A DNA stretch of 64,000 nucleotides, from assembly GCA_963816145.1 (NCBI GenBank), contig CAWFJP010000029.1:32001-96000 (forward strand), read 5' to 3'. A program made the translations under genes and the position numbers. Under the pieces are notes generated by a model. The model saw only the letters and a list, made by a program, of their open reading frames with translations. It made no database searches and was not told the DNA's origin. Source of the DNA: an uncultured delta proteobacterium (GTDB lineage: Bacteria > Desulfobacterota > Binatia > UBA9968). Positions 10,416 through 20,100 of the stretch are shown in pieces (positions within the stretch are counted from its first letter, which is position 1; the number at the start of each line of letters is the position of its first letter).

Positions 10416-11981
10416 ATGAAACTCGGCAATTCGCTCGTTGTGCACTCTGTCGCCGCAATCTTAATTGCACTGGCTATGTTGGTATCAGTACCTGCCAACG
10501 CCGCCCCCATCCAATTGGGCTCAAATTCCATCAACATGTTTCGGGATACGCGGGGAGCTAATGATCTTGGCTTCAATCAGGGAGATCGATTCAATTTCGG
10601 TGCAAACGTTCTCGGCGGATCGGCAGGTACGACATTAGGGGCCGTCTATCCCCCCACTGGCTTCACGGTTTCCCAGTTCGCATGTGATCCGTTGGCCGTG
10701 AATCCGAATTTTTGTTCTCGTTCAACAGTCTTTGATCCCAACCGACTAGCGCAACCATGGACACTGATTTTTCAGAACGGTCCCGACGAGCTGCGCGTTT
10801 CTGGACCCGCGTTACTAGGAGTAAATGGAAATAGCATCTTGCAGCCAGTTCCGTTTCCCGTAGATGTGACCATCTCAGGCGCTGGTATAACGCCAACGAT
10901 ATCATGGACTGTACCCAACACTTTCGTGCCCGACGGGTTTCGGGTAAATATTTATGACAAAAGGGACCATCTGGGGCCGGATGGAAATCCGGACCTTATC
11001 CACAGCAAAGAGCTACCGAACACCGCCACGTCGTACACACTTCCCGAAGTTTTTGAGGATAGTGGATTTTCACTCGTAGTAGGAGGACTCTACACCATCG
11101 GATTTCAGTTAGTCGAAACCCGCAACCATGTTCCGTTTGTCAGAAACGCCGATATACTCCGCCGATCAAATTCCTTTTTTGCGTTCAGTCCGCTTCCTGG
11201 TTCGGCGCCGCCGAATGTTGCCTTACCGACAGTCGTGAATGGCGTTTACAACTTCAGCGTCACCCAGGTTGGTCCGAATGCCACCACCTTTATCGATCCG
11301 CCGGTGGCGGTCGGTTACGATTACGCCATCGGCCCTGGCAATCCCAATTTTAAATCGGTGCTCTTGCCAGAAGCTGGCGACAACATTTTTGACATCCATC
11401 TCTGGAATGGCATTGCGTATGCGTACCATGCAACCGTTGGCTCTGGTTTTGAGTACGTATTTCCTCCGGGCGGGGTAGATCGCTTTCGTGTATTAGGAAT
11501 AGAGGCCTCGGCCGGTCTGAGCCCAAGTAATGTGACCGCATTCATTACTGGTTTGAAGTTTGCATCAACAGGGCAGTTCACCGGCACGATGACGCCGATC
11601 GTAGCCGAGGCATTCTGCTCGAGCCTGGGTGACGATCCGAAACCATCTCTTCTGGACCAGGATATTTACACGGTACAGGCCATCCAAGGAGAAGATCTAC
11701 GCGTACGCTTGGAAAATATAAAAAATGAGAACACCGATAAGCGCGCTTCGCTCATTCTCCTAGACAATATCAGCCGCGTTAACCTCCTCAAAGTAGATAA
11801 CGGTAGCCTCCCAAATCAAGTGAACGCGGTTCTGCCGGCCACGGGCGAATACCTTATTGTCGTGGGTGAACAGCCCCTGATCGCGCGCGGAAATAGGTTT
11901 AGAGGCGACTACTGCCTGTCGGTTCAGTCATCCGCCGGAGCATCACAAACGCTTCAACCGACAGGATGGGTCGAACAATAG
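10416..11981 (+). CDS. Secreted protein with a PEP-CTERM-protein-like body and a C-terminal PPC-like domain
   Basis: GAGGAG RBS, signal peptide (ANA-A), IDPPVAVGYDY...FITGLKF segment, and a DQDIY...LPATGEYLIVV C-terminal module. Confidence 0.7.
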   Translation: MKLGNSLVVHSVAAILIALAMLVSVPANAAPIQLGSNSINMFRDTRGANDLGFNQGDRFNFGANVLGGSAGTTLGAVYPPTGFTVSQFACDPLAVNPNFCSRSTVFDPNRLAQPWTLIFQNGPDELRVSGPALLGVNGNSILQPVPFPVDVTISGAGITPTISWTVPNTFVPDGFRVNIYDKRDHLGPDGNPDLIHSKELPNTATSYTLPEVFEDSGFSLVVGGLYTIGFQLVETRNHVPFVRNADILRRSNSFFAFSPLPGSAPPNVALPTVVNGVYNFSVTQVGPNATTFIDPPVAVGYDYAIGPGNPNFKSVLLPEAGDNIFDIHLWNGIAYAYHATVGSGFEYVFPPGGVDRFRVLGIEASAGLSPSNVTAFITGLKFASTGQFTGTMTPIVAEAFCSSLGDDPKPSLLDQDIYTVQAIQGEDLRVRLENIKNENTDKRASLILLDNISRVNLLKVDNGSLPNQVNAVLPATGEYLIVVGEQPLIARGNRFRGDYCLSVQSSAGASQTLQPTGWVEQ

Positions 11982-12395
11982 TGGACTGCGCCCCATTGAC
12001 TGGAGAGAAAAGGTAAGAATTTGAGGGAAGGTGCGATCGGCTCAAGCGGCGGGTAGGATAACTCGCCACGAGGAGTCGATCGATGGGAAAGCAGAGACGG
12101 AAATTTGAAGCGGGGTTCAAACAGCTGATCATCAGCGAAATCGAATCGGGGTTGCTGTCGGTCACCGCGGCCAGCCGTAAGTACCAACTCTCCGGTAGCG
12201 TAATCGATCGTTGGCGACGACAGGCCCGGCAAAGTGCTCTTGAGGCAGCACCGTCGGTCGTGAAAAGGCTTTGGAACGTGAGAACCGCGAGCTCAAGGAG
12301 AAACTGGCTGAGCTGTATCTGGAAAACGCCCAGCTAAAAAAACCCGGGGACTGGCTACGCCAGCGCAGAAGCGTCATACCTCCGTGATCACCGCC
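11982..12395 (+). mobile_element. IS3-family remnant: left end and degenerate orfA; orfB absent
   Basis: Starts TGGACTGCGCCCC immediately after the upstream stop codon. HTH transposase ORF MGKQRRKFEAGFK..., frameshifted ERENRELKEKLAELYLENAQLKK, and an A7 slippery run at 12336-12342. Confidence 0.75.
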
Positions 12396-12463
12396 GTGGG
12401 TTGTCCGAAGGTAACGTAAAGAATGTCACCATCGGGATCGTAGGTGATGCGGATTGCTTTCAT
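12374..12463 (-). pseudogene. Truncated DUF2283-like gene
   Basis: Reads MKAIRITYDPDGDILYVTFGQP, matching the YDxxxDxLY pattern, then runs into the IS3 remnant. Not in the ORF track. Confidence 0.6.
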
Positions 12464-12483
12464 CGATTTTCAAGAGAGAGAAA

Positions 12484-12855
12484 TCATCGCCGCCAATGAT
12501 TGAGAATGTGGACTTGGTATTCGATCGGTACGGCGGCGGCAACGAGGCTATCGATGGCGGAGACAATTTGCGCTCGGCTCATGTTCTTGCTCGCTTCTTT
12601 TTGCTCGTAAATGAGCAAGATACCCGAGTGCATGAGATGCGCGGCTTGCCAGTCCGAATGTAGTTCGAGGAAATCAGCGGGGTCTTTGGTCAGCAATGTT
12701 TGACGATTGCGCGCAGCAAATTCGAGATGTTGACGGTCTGAAGCGCCGACTGTTCCGGCCAGACGGGGAGTGGTTACGTCGTGGCCGGAGCGGCGCAGGA
12801 GAGCGATTAGCGTGTCATCGTCGGCACAATCGTCGAGGTAAAGCGACAGCGGCAT
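12484..12855 (-). CDS. DUF5615 PIN-like toxin
   Basis: LYLDD...LRRSGHDV...SDRQHL...LLTKDPADF...HSGIL. Confidence 0.85.
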   Translation of the reverse strand: MPLSLYLDDCADDDTLIALLRRSGHDVTTPRLAGTVGASDRQHLEFAARNRQTLLTKDPADFLELHSDWQAAHLMHSGILLIYEQKEASKNMSRAQIVSAIDSLVAAAVPIEYQVHILNHWRR

Positions 12856-12860
12856 GGGCT

Positions 12861-13136
12861 CTAGAGATGACCACTCGCATGCAGCCTCCGGCCCTCTTCG
12901 TCGGTTTCACTGTCCACCAGGGTTTTATTGCGCCGGTAATAATCAAGCGCCTCAAGCACGGCTTGCACCGGCAAAGCGAAATTCTTCGCTGTCTGCTCGG
13001 GCGTTTCCCCTTCGCGCAGCATGGTCGCGAGCAGATGCCAAACATGCATGTTGCGCCCGCGAATCCAGAGAATTTTCCGCCATGCATGGGGGCGCGCTTC
13101 GAGATGGCTATACACGGGCTCGGCTTGGGCTTTCAT
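12861..13136 (-). CDS. DUF433 antitoxin
   Basis: IRGRNMHVWHLL...GETPEQTAKNFALPVQAVLEALDYY, directly upstream of the PIN gene. Start taken at MKAQ. Confidence 0.8.
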   Translation of the reverse strand: MKAQAEPVYSHLEARPHAWRKILWIRGRNMHVWHLLATMLREGETPEQTAKNFALPVQAVLEALDYYRRNKTLVDSETDEEGRRLHASGHL

Positions 13137-13293
13137 AGTGCGAAATTTACCATGCCCAGCTTGAGACAGACAAGGGGAGCGCATCGGGGCTCGGATGATC
13201 TCTCGTAGCGCCGCGTTCGAGCGCCGCGAACCGCTTGAACGAGTATGGGGTATGTGTTCAGCCCACTTTTGATCGTGATGATGGATCACTGAG

Positions 13294-13617
13294 ATGGCGG
13301 AACCCGATCAAAGGACCCATCGCGTCATGAGCTTAAGTAACCGTAATCGTCGGTTTCTCTATTGCCACGATTGCAACGCCGTTCATCGCGTTACGCCGTT
13401 CGACTCGGCGCCGGTTTATGAGACAGACGGCGCGGAGCTTCGTGAAATTCCCCGGGACGACCGGCGCGATTTCTGCGACCGCCACGTCGGCCATGGGATG
13501 GGAGAACTTATCGCCATTGACGATCGGCGCCGTGAGCCTGACGGATTCGTTGAACCGATGACGGTCAACAAAATTTTATCCCGCGAAGTTTCAGGACCAG
13601 CATCGCTGAGCCGTTGA
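13294..13617 (+). CDS. Hypothetical CxxC/His (Zn-binding-like) protein, possibly truncated
   Basis: YCHDCNAVH...FCDRHVGH; the C-terminus looks abrupt. Confidence 0.45.
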   Translation: MAEPDQRTHRVMSLSNRNRRFLYCHDCNAVHRVTPFDSAPVYETDGAELREIPRDDRRDFCDRHVGHGMGELIAIDDRRREPDGFVEPMTVNKILSREVSGPASLSR

Positions 13618-13845
13618 CCTATGAGGTGCTTCCCCGCCAATTGACGCTGTGGGAATTTGGCGCAGAATTGATGACGAAAGGCGGAACGACGGCTAATCGA
13701 GGTTCACGGCCGCGGTATCACAGCCCAGTCGCAAGAAAAAAAGCCCAGTCCCGAAGCTTTGAAACAGTCGAAATGGCGTTGTGAACTGACTTCATCGGTA
13801 AATTGGCCCAACCCATCGCCTTGTCGGCTGGTTGAATCGCCCATG

Positions 13846-13990
13846 CTAGCGCCGCCCGCGACTCAGCATCGCGGTCGGTGTGATCCAGTCTTCGATCCTG
13901 AAGCCCGCGTTCACTCTAAAATCGATGTCGCCGATGCGCCGCAGGGAAAGTCGTTGCCTGTGATAATCTTTCTGCAGGTCGATAAAGTCC
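13846..13990 (-). pseudogene. Diverged remnant of the 3' end of a DUF1329 gene
   Basis: Aligns with 14872-15015 and encodes DLQKDYH..RIGDIDFRVNAGFRIEDWITPTAMLSRGRR*; many differences are synonymous. Confidence 0.9.
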
Positions 13991-14155
13991 ACAGGTGACA
14001 GGACTCCTCACTCGGGCCATTGGCCGTACCCTCTCGGAAATTCTCCGATGCTGTAATTTCGCTTAGTCATTGAGTTTCTTTAAAATCAGGCGGCGATCTA
14101 GGTATGTTCACCCGCTCGCCAGGGACGATTCGACCGGTCATGATTACGCGCCGAA

Positions 14156-14184
14156 TTGACAGGTGTTACCGGCTGGGGTAACGT
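14156..14184 (+). promoter_or_regulatory. Sigma70 promoter with overlapping palindromic operator
   Basis: TTGACA-17 bp-TAACGT, with a GTTACC-N6-GGTAAC inverted repeat at 14165-14182. The ATG is 10 nt downstream. Confidence 0.7.
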
Positions 14185-14194
14185 TATTTTGTAG

Positions 14195-14389
14195 ATGGGC
14201 AAGGTGCGGCGAGGAGGTTTGGTTTTTGTTTGGTGGAAGGGAGATCACCCACCGAGGCATGTGCATGTCTACCGAGACGGCAAGCTGTTACTAAAGTGGG
14301 ATCTCGACAACAGAAAGGCAATGAAAGGCAGCGCGACGAGACGTATAGTCAATTTGATTGACGGTCTCGAATCGGATGGAATCCTATGA
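14195..14389 (+). CDS. DUF4160/HicA-like small toxin
   Basis: 64 aa with a DHPPRHVHV motif; overlaps the next gene by ATGA. Confidence 0.75.
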   Translation: MGKVRRGGLVFVWWKGDHPPRHVHVYRDGKLLLKWDLDNRKAMKGSATRRIVNLIDGLESDGIL

Positions 14390-14853
14390 AAATCTATTCG
14401 GTGAAATTCAATAATAAGCGGAAAATGTTCGAGGCCAAGACTTCGTCTGCGAATTTTGCATTTCCCTATGTTAAATCCGATCCGGCGCCGACATCGGATA
14501 ATCCGGTCGCGCGAGTATCCGTCGATAAAGAGATCGGCGCCGAAGGATTTACCTACGAACTTGCGTCAGGTGACACTGGATCAATCCATATCGAACAGAT
14601 TCTGGAATATAATAACGATCCGAATTATCTCAGGGACCAGCTACTGTACAAATTAACTCTGGAGGCGCAAAAGAGGGTTGCCGAAACGCGGCTGTCCAAA
14701 CGCGAAATTATTCGCCGGCTCGGCACCTCGGCGACGCAGTTTTATCGCCTATTGGATCAAACTAATTACAGCAAGTCCGTCGATCAGCTTGTGTCCTTGC
14801 TCCAGGTTTTGGATTGCCAGGTCGATTTACTGGTAAGCGCCAAGAGCGCGTGA
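14386..14853 (+). CDS. Putative antitoxin with C-terminal XRE-type HTH
   Basis: LSKREIIRRLGTSATQFYRLLD HTH; translationally coupled to the toxin. Confidence 0.7.
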   Translation: MKIYSVKFNNKRKMFEAKTSSANFAFPYVKSDPAPTSDNPVARVSVDKEIGAEGFTYELASGDTGSIHIEQILEYNNDPNYLRDQLLYKLTLEAQKRVAETRLSKREIIRRLGTSATQFYRLLDQTNYSKSVDQLVSLLQVLDCQVDLLVSAKSA

Positions 14854-14871
14854 TCGCGTCCCTGTCATAAT

Positions 14872-16233
14872 CTAACGCCTCCCTCGACTTAACATCGCGG
14901 TCGGTGTGGTCCAGTCTTCGATCCTAAAGCCCGCGTTCACTCTAAAATCGATGTCGCCGATGCGCAGCTGAGGGAAATAGTTGCTGTGATAGTCTTTTTG
15001 CACGTCGATGAACATTACCCCTGAAAGTTCTCGGGCGGTCGAGCCCATGTTGTCTGGAATGCCGGTATCCGTGAGAATGAAGACCAAAAATTTATAAAGC
15101 CTGCCTGCTCTGTCCCAGATGTCGGCGGTTTGTGCGCGACGGTAGATCGCGTCGATGTACATTCGCTTTCGACTATACGGCGATTCGGCGGGCGGAATGC
15201 CATCGACGATGAGCATCTCCGGTCGGAGCTCCCAAGTCGAACGGGGGAATTTATCGTTCGACTCGACGAAACTAAACGGATCGCGGTTACCCGCTGGCGC
15301 GAAGTGACCCTTGTTGGACGGCGACGGCGCCAGCATGGGCTTGCGCCCGACCAGTGTCCACTTCCAGGTAAGCAGAGGGTCGTTGTGCAATCCCAAGTCG
15401 CTGACAAATAGTGCCGAGTAAGGGCTCGCCGGCTCGAATCTTTGGGTTGACGGCACTCGACGCGTGCGCCGCAGCGCAGGAATGTAAAGATCCGTATCTG
15501 GCAGCCTCGTGTTGTCGTAGTAAATCGTACTGAGCGAGGCGAGGCCATAAACATCGAACGGTTTCAGAAACGTCAAGACCGCGCGGTAATGTTCGTCTTT
15601 ATAACCCTGGATGACCGGTTTCGGTTCCTTGGCGATCCGTCCCACGGTTTGCACGGCGACGACAAACGCAGTGCCCTCTCGCACCACTTCGCCGTGGCTG
15701 TCGATATTTTTTTCGCTGGCAATTTCTCGCACGTCGTCATAGCGCGTGAGATTGGATTTATGATTCCACATCGCCTCAAGGCCGCTCGTCGGCTCAGGAA
15801 ACGGATCGCCGCCGATCCACGGCTGGCCGTCGTTGCTCCAGAGCTGACCCTTCTCATCCAATACCGCCTTGCCTTTGTTGCGCAGCGTCGCTTGTACCCA
15901 ATAGGGAGCGATGATGGCGTCTGCGGCGGTTGCGGCTTCGGCAATTTTGATCTGGGCGCCGCGCGTGAGTTCGAGGAGAAGCCCTGCCGGGCTAAAGTCT
16001 TTGACTAAGTCGGCGTTGTCCTTGGAAATGATCATTCCCGGTTTGACTCGGCCGCTGGTAAATTTTTCAATTGACAAAACTTCGTCGGGATAAGCGGCGG
16101 CGATGCTTTTGCCGGTGCCAACTAAACTCAATGCCGGTTGCAATAATCCCGCGCCGGCCCAGGCGCCGGTTTTTTTGAGAAATTGTCGTCGCGACCATGA
16201 CGGACCGTTCATAGGCGTGTTCTTCCTTCCCAC
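14872..16233 (-). CDS. DUF1329-family periplasmic protein with Tat-like signal
   Basis: SRRQFLK, GGDPFPEPTSGLEAMWN, YIPALRRTRRV, PYSRKRMYID, DIWDRAGRLYK. Confidence 0.85.
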   Translation of the reverse strand: MGRKNTPMNGPSWSRRQFLKKTGAWAGAGLLQPALSLVGTGKSIAAAYPDEVLSIEKFTSGRVKPGMIISKDNADLVKDFSPAGLLLELTRGAQIKIAEAATAADAIIAPYWVQATLRNKGKAVLDEKGQLWSNDGQPWIGGDPFPEPTSGLEAMWNHKSNLTRYDDVREIASEKNIDSHGEVVREGTAFVVAVQTVGRIAKEPKPVIQGYKDEHYRAVLTFLKPFDVYGLASLSTIYYDNTRLPDTDLYIPALRRTRRVPSTQRFEPASPYSALFVSDLGLHNDPLLTWKWTLVGRKPMLAPSPSNKGHFAPAGNRDPFSFVESNDKFPRSTWELRPEMLIVDGIPPAESPYSRKRMYIDAIYRRAQTADIWDRAGRLYKFLVFILTDTGIPDNMGSTARELSGVMFIDVQKDYHSNYFPQLRIGDIDFRVNAGFRIEDWTTPTAMLSRGRR

Positions 16234-17706
16234 TTAGAAGCCATAGGTAAAGCGGAAGAACGCGCCGTCGGCCCAATAGAAACTACCCAGGCGCCCGGCT
16301 CTTTTTTCGGCGCCGCCGAACTCGTTGTAAAAGAGATCCAAGCGGGTGTTGGTGCCGATCTCCCAATGGATGCCTGGCTGGAACCAGTGGCTGTCGTCGG
16401 TGTCGACTACGCCGAGAAGCTCCAACGTGACGCGTTTTTGAAAAAGCGGTTGCTGCAGAAAAAGCGAAAATTGATGCACGGCTTGGTCCACTTTTGCGCC
16501 ATTGGCTCTAACCTTGTTTAAGCCGTTACCGCCGGTGAAAGTTTCGAAGAACTGAAAACCGATACTCATCGAATCCAAATCGGGAAACACGTTTGTCGGT
16601 CGGTCCACAGCGAGGACAGTTTTCCATACAGGCCTTTCCACTATCTTGAGCGCCGCCGCTCCGTTCTGAAAAGGCGCATTGGGCGTGACCGTGGTCTCGG
16701 CACGTAAAACAGCACCGGCGCTTTGCCAGACGTAATTGGTCGAGCCGCCGACGATGTAGATCCGTGGATGTTTGCCATCCAAGCTGATTTGCGCGAACGG
16801 CGGCGCCGGCAGCGGCGAAAAACTTTTAAAGATGCCAGTCGCATCATCATTGGGCTTGGTGATGAAATTAAGCGAGAATTGCACGCCAGCCGCTGTGCCG
16901 GTCAAGCGGCCGCCGACCGTCGGTTCGCCTTGATGAACCTGATCGTTAAGCTTTGCGACGCTCGGCACGACGTTGTAGGGCGATCCTTGAGCGGGCAGGA
17001 TCGTCGGCACCACGGCGCCAGGATTGAGCAGGAATTCCGCCGTCAGGTCGGGAATCGTTGTGTTGGGAATGGTGTAGTCGGCGCGCAAGAACCATTGGGG
17101 TATGCGGATCGCGTCAAATTCTTCAGCGGCGCGATCAAATTGAAGTGATTGGCTTAGATCGAGTGGATTGACCGTATCTAAAACTCTCAGAGCCACCGCC
17201 TCGCCCCAGGCGATCGATTGTTTCCCCATACGAAGCCATAGGTTGCCTGATCGGTAGTCGACATAGGCTTGCCAGAGCTCGGCTCTGAAATCCTTCCCGC
17301 CAGATCGAAGCATCACCCCTTCGCCGCCGCTAAATTTTGCCGGCAACGATTGGTATTAAGGCAAGCGGGAATCGGCTGATTTAGTGATGTCGTGAAACAA
17401 GCGGGGCTGGAAAAAGGCGGTCCAGTTATCGTTGAATTTGCCGAAGACTCTCAGGTCGAGCAGTTGGCGCAATAACAAAAAATTCGGCACGCCGGGCGGA
17501 TCCAACAAACCGTAGTTATTAGGGTTGGTATGTCCAGTCGCCGGATTTGCTGTGAATTGATAGTAGCCGGTAATTTCGAACGGTCCAATCTGAGTTTGGG
17601 CTGCTGCACCACTGTGTAACCCCAGGGTGACAAATAGCGTTGCCAAATAGAGATAAAAACCGTGCCCACTTTGAACTTTTCGATGATGTCGTCTCCAGGT
17701 GACCAT
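16234..17706 (-). pseudogene. DUF1302-like outer-membrane protein with one in-frame TAA at 17356-17358
   Basis: ORFs 17356..17706 and 16234..17346 are in the same frame. Motifs ELWQAYVD..LRMGKQSIAWGE...DTVNPLD; C-terminal aromatic strand RFTYGF. Confidence 0.8.
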
Positions 17707-17712
17707 AGCTTG

Positions 17713-20100
17713 TTAAGTTAGAGGTAGTTTGGCGCCTCGCGTGATGAATTTGGGTTTGATCGCAGAAACCAGCAGGGGAATCAAGATCAGAGCAGAGATC
17801 ATGTTGATGACCATTAAGGCAGCGATCACCAGGCCCATATTTGCCTGAAAGCGCACACTGGATAGGACATACCAGGGCAACATCCCGACGACGAGTGTGC
17901 TCCCCGTGAAAAAAACGGCTCGCCCGGTTGTCGAGATGGCGCGGCATACCGATTCATCGTAGTTATTGTGCAGCGGGTACTCTTCACAGATTCGACTCAT
18001 GAGGTAAATCGCATAGTCAATCCCTACACCAGTGCCGATGGCAAGTACCGGCAACGTGTTCACGTCCAGGCCGATGTCCATGTAGGCCATCACGCTTGTT
18101 GCAGCGAGGTTGGAGAAATTGACCGGAACCAGCAGAATCAATGCGGCAAGAACTGACTTGTAGGCGAGACTGCACATTACGAAGATCACCGTCATCACGA
18201 GGAGAAGAATCTCAAGTTGCGACCGCACGACGGTTTCATTGATGGCACCAATCAGTCCGATGGTTCCAGACGCCAGGCGAAGTTCGCCAGCGCTCGAGTC
18301 TTGGATGTGATCCACAGTTTCAAATGCTTTGGCCCGCTGCAAAGCGCGCTCGACAGTTTCGCTTCGATGATTCTTATACCACACGTTTATACTTGCTGCT
18401 GTTAAATTTCGCGTAAACCAGCGGTCGGAATCGCCGGGTCCGGTCCCGCTCAATGCCAATTGAGCGATCATCACCGCATCCGCTTGATTTTCCGGCACCA
18501 AGCCCCATTTCGGCAGGCCGCCGTGCAGCAAGCGATTGGTCGCGGTAACGAGGTCGGCGAAAGAAAATGTAGTGACGACGTCGGGGTCGAGTTCCATATA
18601 TCGTTGGAAGCGTTGCATGGTTTCTAACGAAGCGGGCTGGTGGATCGACGTCTGCGGTTCGCGGATTTCCTGAACGACCTGTAATATGTCGAACCCTGCA
18701 AACCGTTCATTGATTTTGCCGACGGCCTTGTTGTAGGCGCCATTGGGCCAGAGCAGTGCGGTTCCCGGCTGAGAATCGCCGACAGGAAGTTGGCGGATGG
18801 CCAGCGCCGAGCCAATCGCGGTGGTCAGCAGAATGAGTCCCGTAGCCCAGGCAAGTTTTCCACGACTCAATTGGAAAATGACTTTAAGAGACCGCTCAAC
18901 GCCGCGATCGAACCCTGCCAACGCCGGTGAAAGCAATCTGACAGTGACCCGTGCAGGGACTTGTCCGATCACCTGTGCCGCGTTGGGTGGCGGCGATAGA
19001 AAGGAGAGGACGATCGGCGTCAACAGAACATTGGCCGGAATCAGGCTCAGCGCCCAGCAGCCGGACACGATCGCGATTTTTTCGACCAGCGGGATCGGCG
19101 CGATGGCAATAAAAAATAATCCCGCCGCGTCCGTCAAGATCCCGAGGACTCCGGGCGGGAATATCGAGACCAGTGAACCTATGCAGGCCTTTTTTTGGTT
19201 TTGAGTCGCCGCATAGATTTCGAAATAGCGTTCACAGGCCTGAATCGCGTGGCTAAACGACCGCGCAATTAATAGCATGGGGAGCACCATCATTAGAGGA
19301 TCGAGGTTGATCTTGAGGACGGCCGCGATTCCTAACCCCCAAATCGAGGTAACGACCGAAACGACGATCGGCGTCAATGACCCGGCAACGTTGCGGACGT
19401 GAAGAACCAGAAGCACAACCATGCAAAAGAGTGTGGCTGCAAATATCACAAACGTTTGTCGCCGATAAAAATAAACCCAACCGGTCAGTAGGGGCGGGCC
19501 TGCGGCGTAAATCTCATGGTCGCTATCATTGAGCGTGCTAATGATCTTGTTCGTCCCATCAAATATAACCTGGTAGTCAACCAGCCTTTCCACGAAGGTG
19601 GCCTGAATCACAGCCGCATCCTCCTGGGGCGACACCAGCACACCGAATACTTCGGGAGATGAGCGAACCTTGGCGCGGAGAGTTTCCAAGTCCTTAGCAT
19701 CACGGGGGACGGGGCCGACAAGAAAGTTGGTCGATTGGATTCCGTCGGCAGCAGCTTCGACATGCTTGATTTTGGCGGAGGCTATTGAGAGCACTTGATT
19801 GTGATCGACTCCGGCAATCAAATCTACTTGTCTGGTTGCCTGCTGAATTTTCGTAAGAGTGTGCGGATTAAAAATGGTTCCCTTCTTCACCTGAATGACG
19901 AGATAGACTGAAAGCGGCGAGCCAAACTGAGGATATTTTTCGAAGAGCTTTGTAGCAGGATGGTTCACGGGGTAAAGATCACGGAAGTTGGTCGCGATCA
20001 CGAGATGGCACGCTTGCCAGGCAAAAAAAAGGGTGAGAAGGAGAATCGCCAAGACGGCCGATATGCGGTGGTCGTAAAGGCGCTCACCCCATCGTCTCAC
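17713..20100 (-). CDS. RND/MMPL-family transporter
   Basis: 795 aa, two halves with ~12 TM helices, GVGIDYAIY motif. Confidence 0.9.
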   Translation of the reverse strand: MRRWGERLYDHRISAVLAILLLTLFFAWQACHLVIATNFRDLYPVNHPATKLFEKYPQFGSPLSVYLVIQVKKGTIFNPHTLTKIQQATRQVDLIAGVDHNQVLSIASAKIKHVEAAADGIQSTNFLVGPVPRDAKDLETLRAKVRSSPEVFGVLVSPQEDAAVIQATFVERLVDYQVIFDGTNKIISTLNDSDHEIYAAGPPLLTGWVYFYRRQTFVIFAATLFCMVVLLVLHVRNVAGSLTPIVVSVVTSIWGLGIAAVLKINLDPLMMVLPMLLIARSFSHAIQACERYFEIYAATQNQKKACIGSLVSIFPPGVLGILTDAAGLFFIAIAPIPLVEKIAIVSGCWALSLIPANVLLTPIVLSFLSPPPNAAQVIGQVPARVTVRLLSPALAGFDRGVERSLKVIFQLSRGKLAWATGLILLTTAIGSALAIRQLPVGDSQPGTALLWPNGAYNKAVGKINERFAGFDILQVVQEIREPQTSIHQPASLETMQRFQRYMELDPDVVTTFSFADLVTATNRLLHGGLPKWGLVPENQADAVMIAQLALSGTGPGDSDRWFTRNLTAASINVWYKNHRSETVERALQRAKAFETVDHIQDSSAGELRLASGTIGLIGAINETVVRSQLEILLLVMTVIFVMCSLAYKSVLAALILLVPVNFSNLAATSVMAYMDIGLDVNTLPVLAIGTGVGIDYAIYLMSRICEEYPLHNNYDESVCRAISTTGRAVFFTGSTLVVGMLPWYVLSSVRFQANMGLVIAALMVINMISALILIPLLVSAIKPKFITRGAKLPLT

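Noticed and set aside
13846-15015. Duplicated segment as a DGR template/variable repeat pair
   Set aside because: The differences are not adenine-specific and many are synonymous; no RT gene is present.
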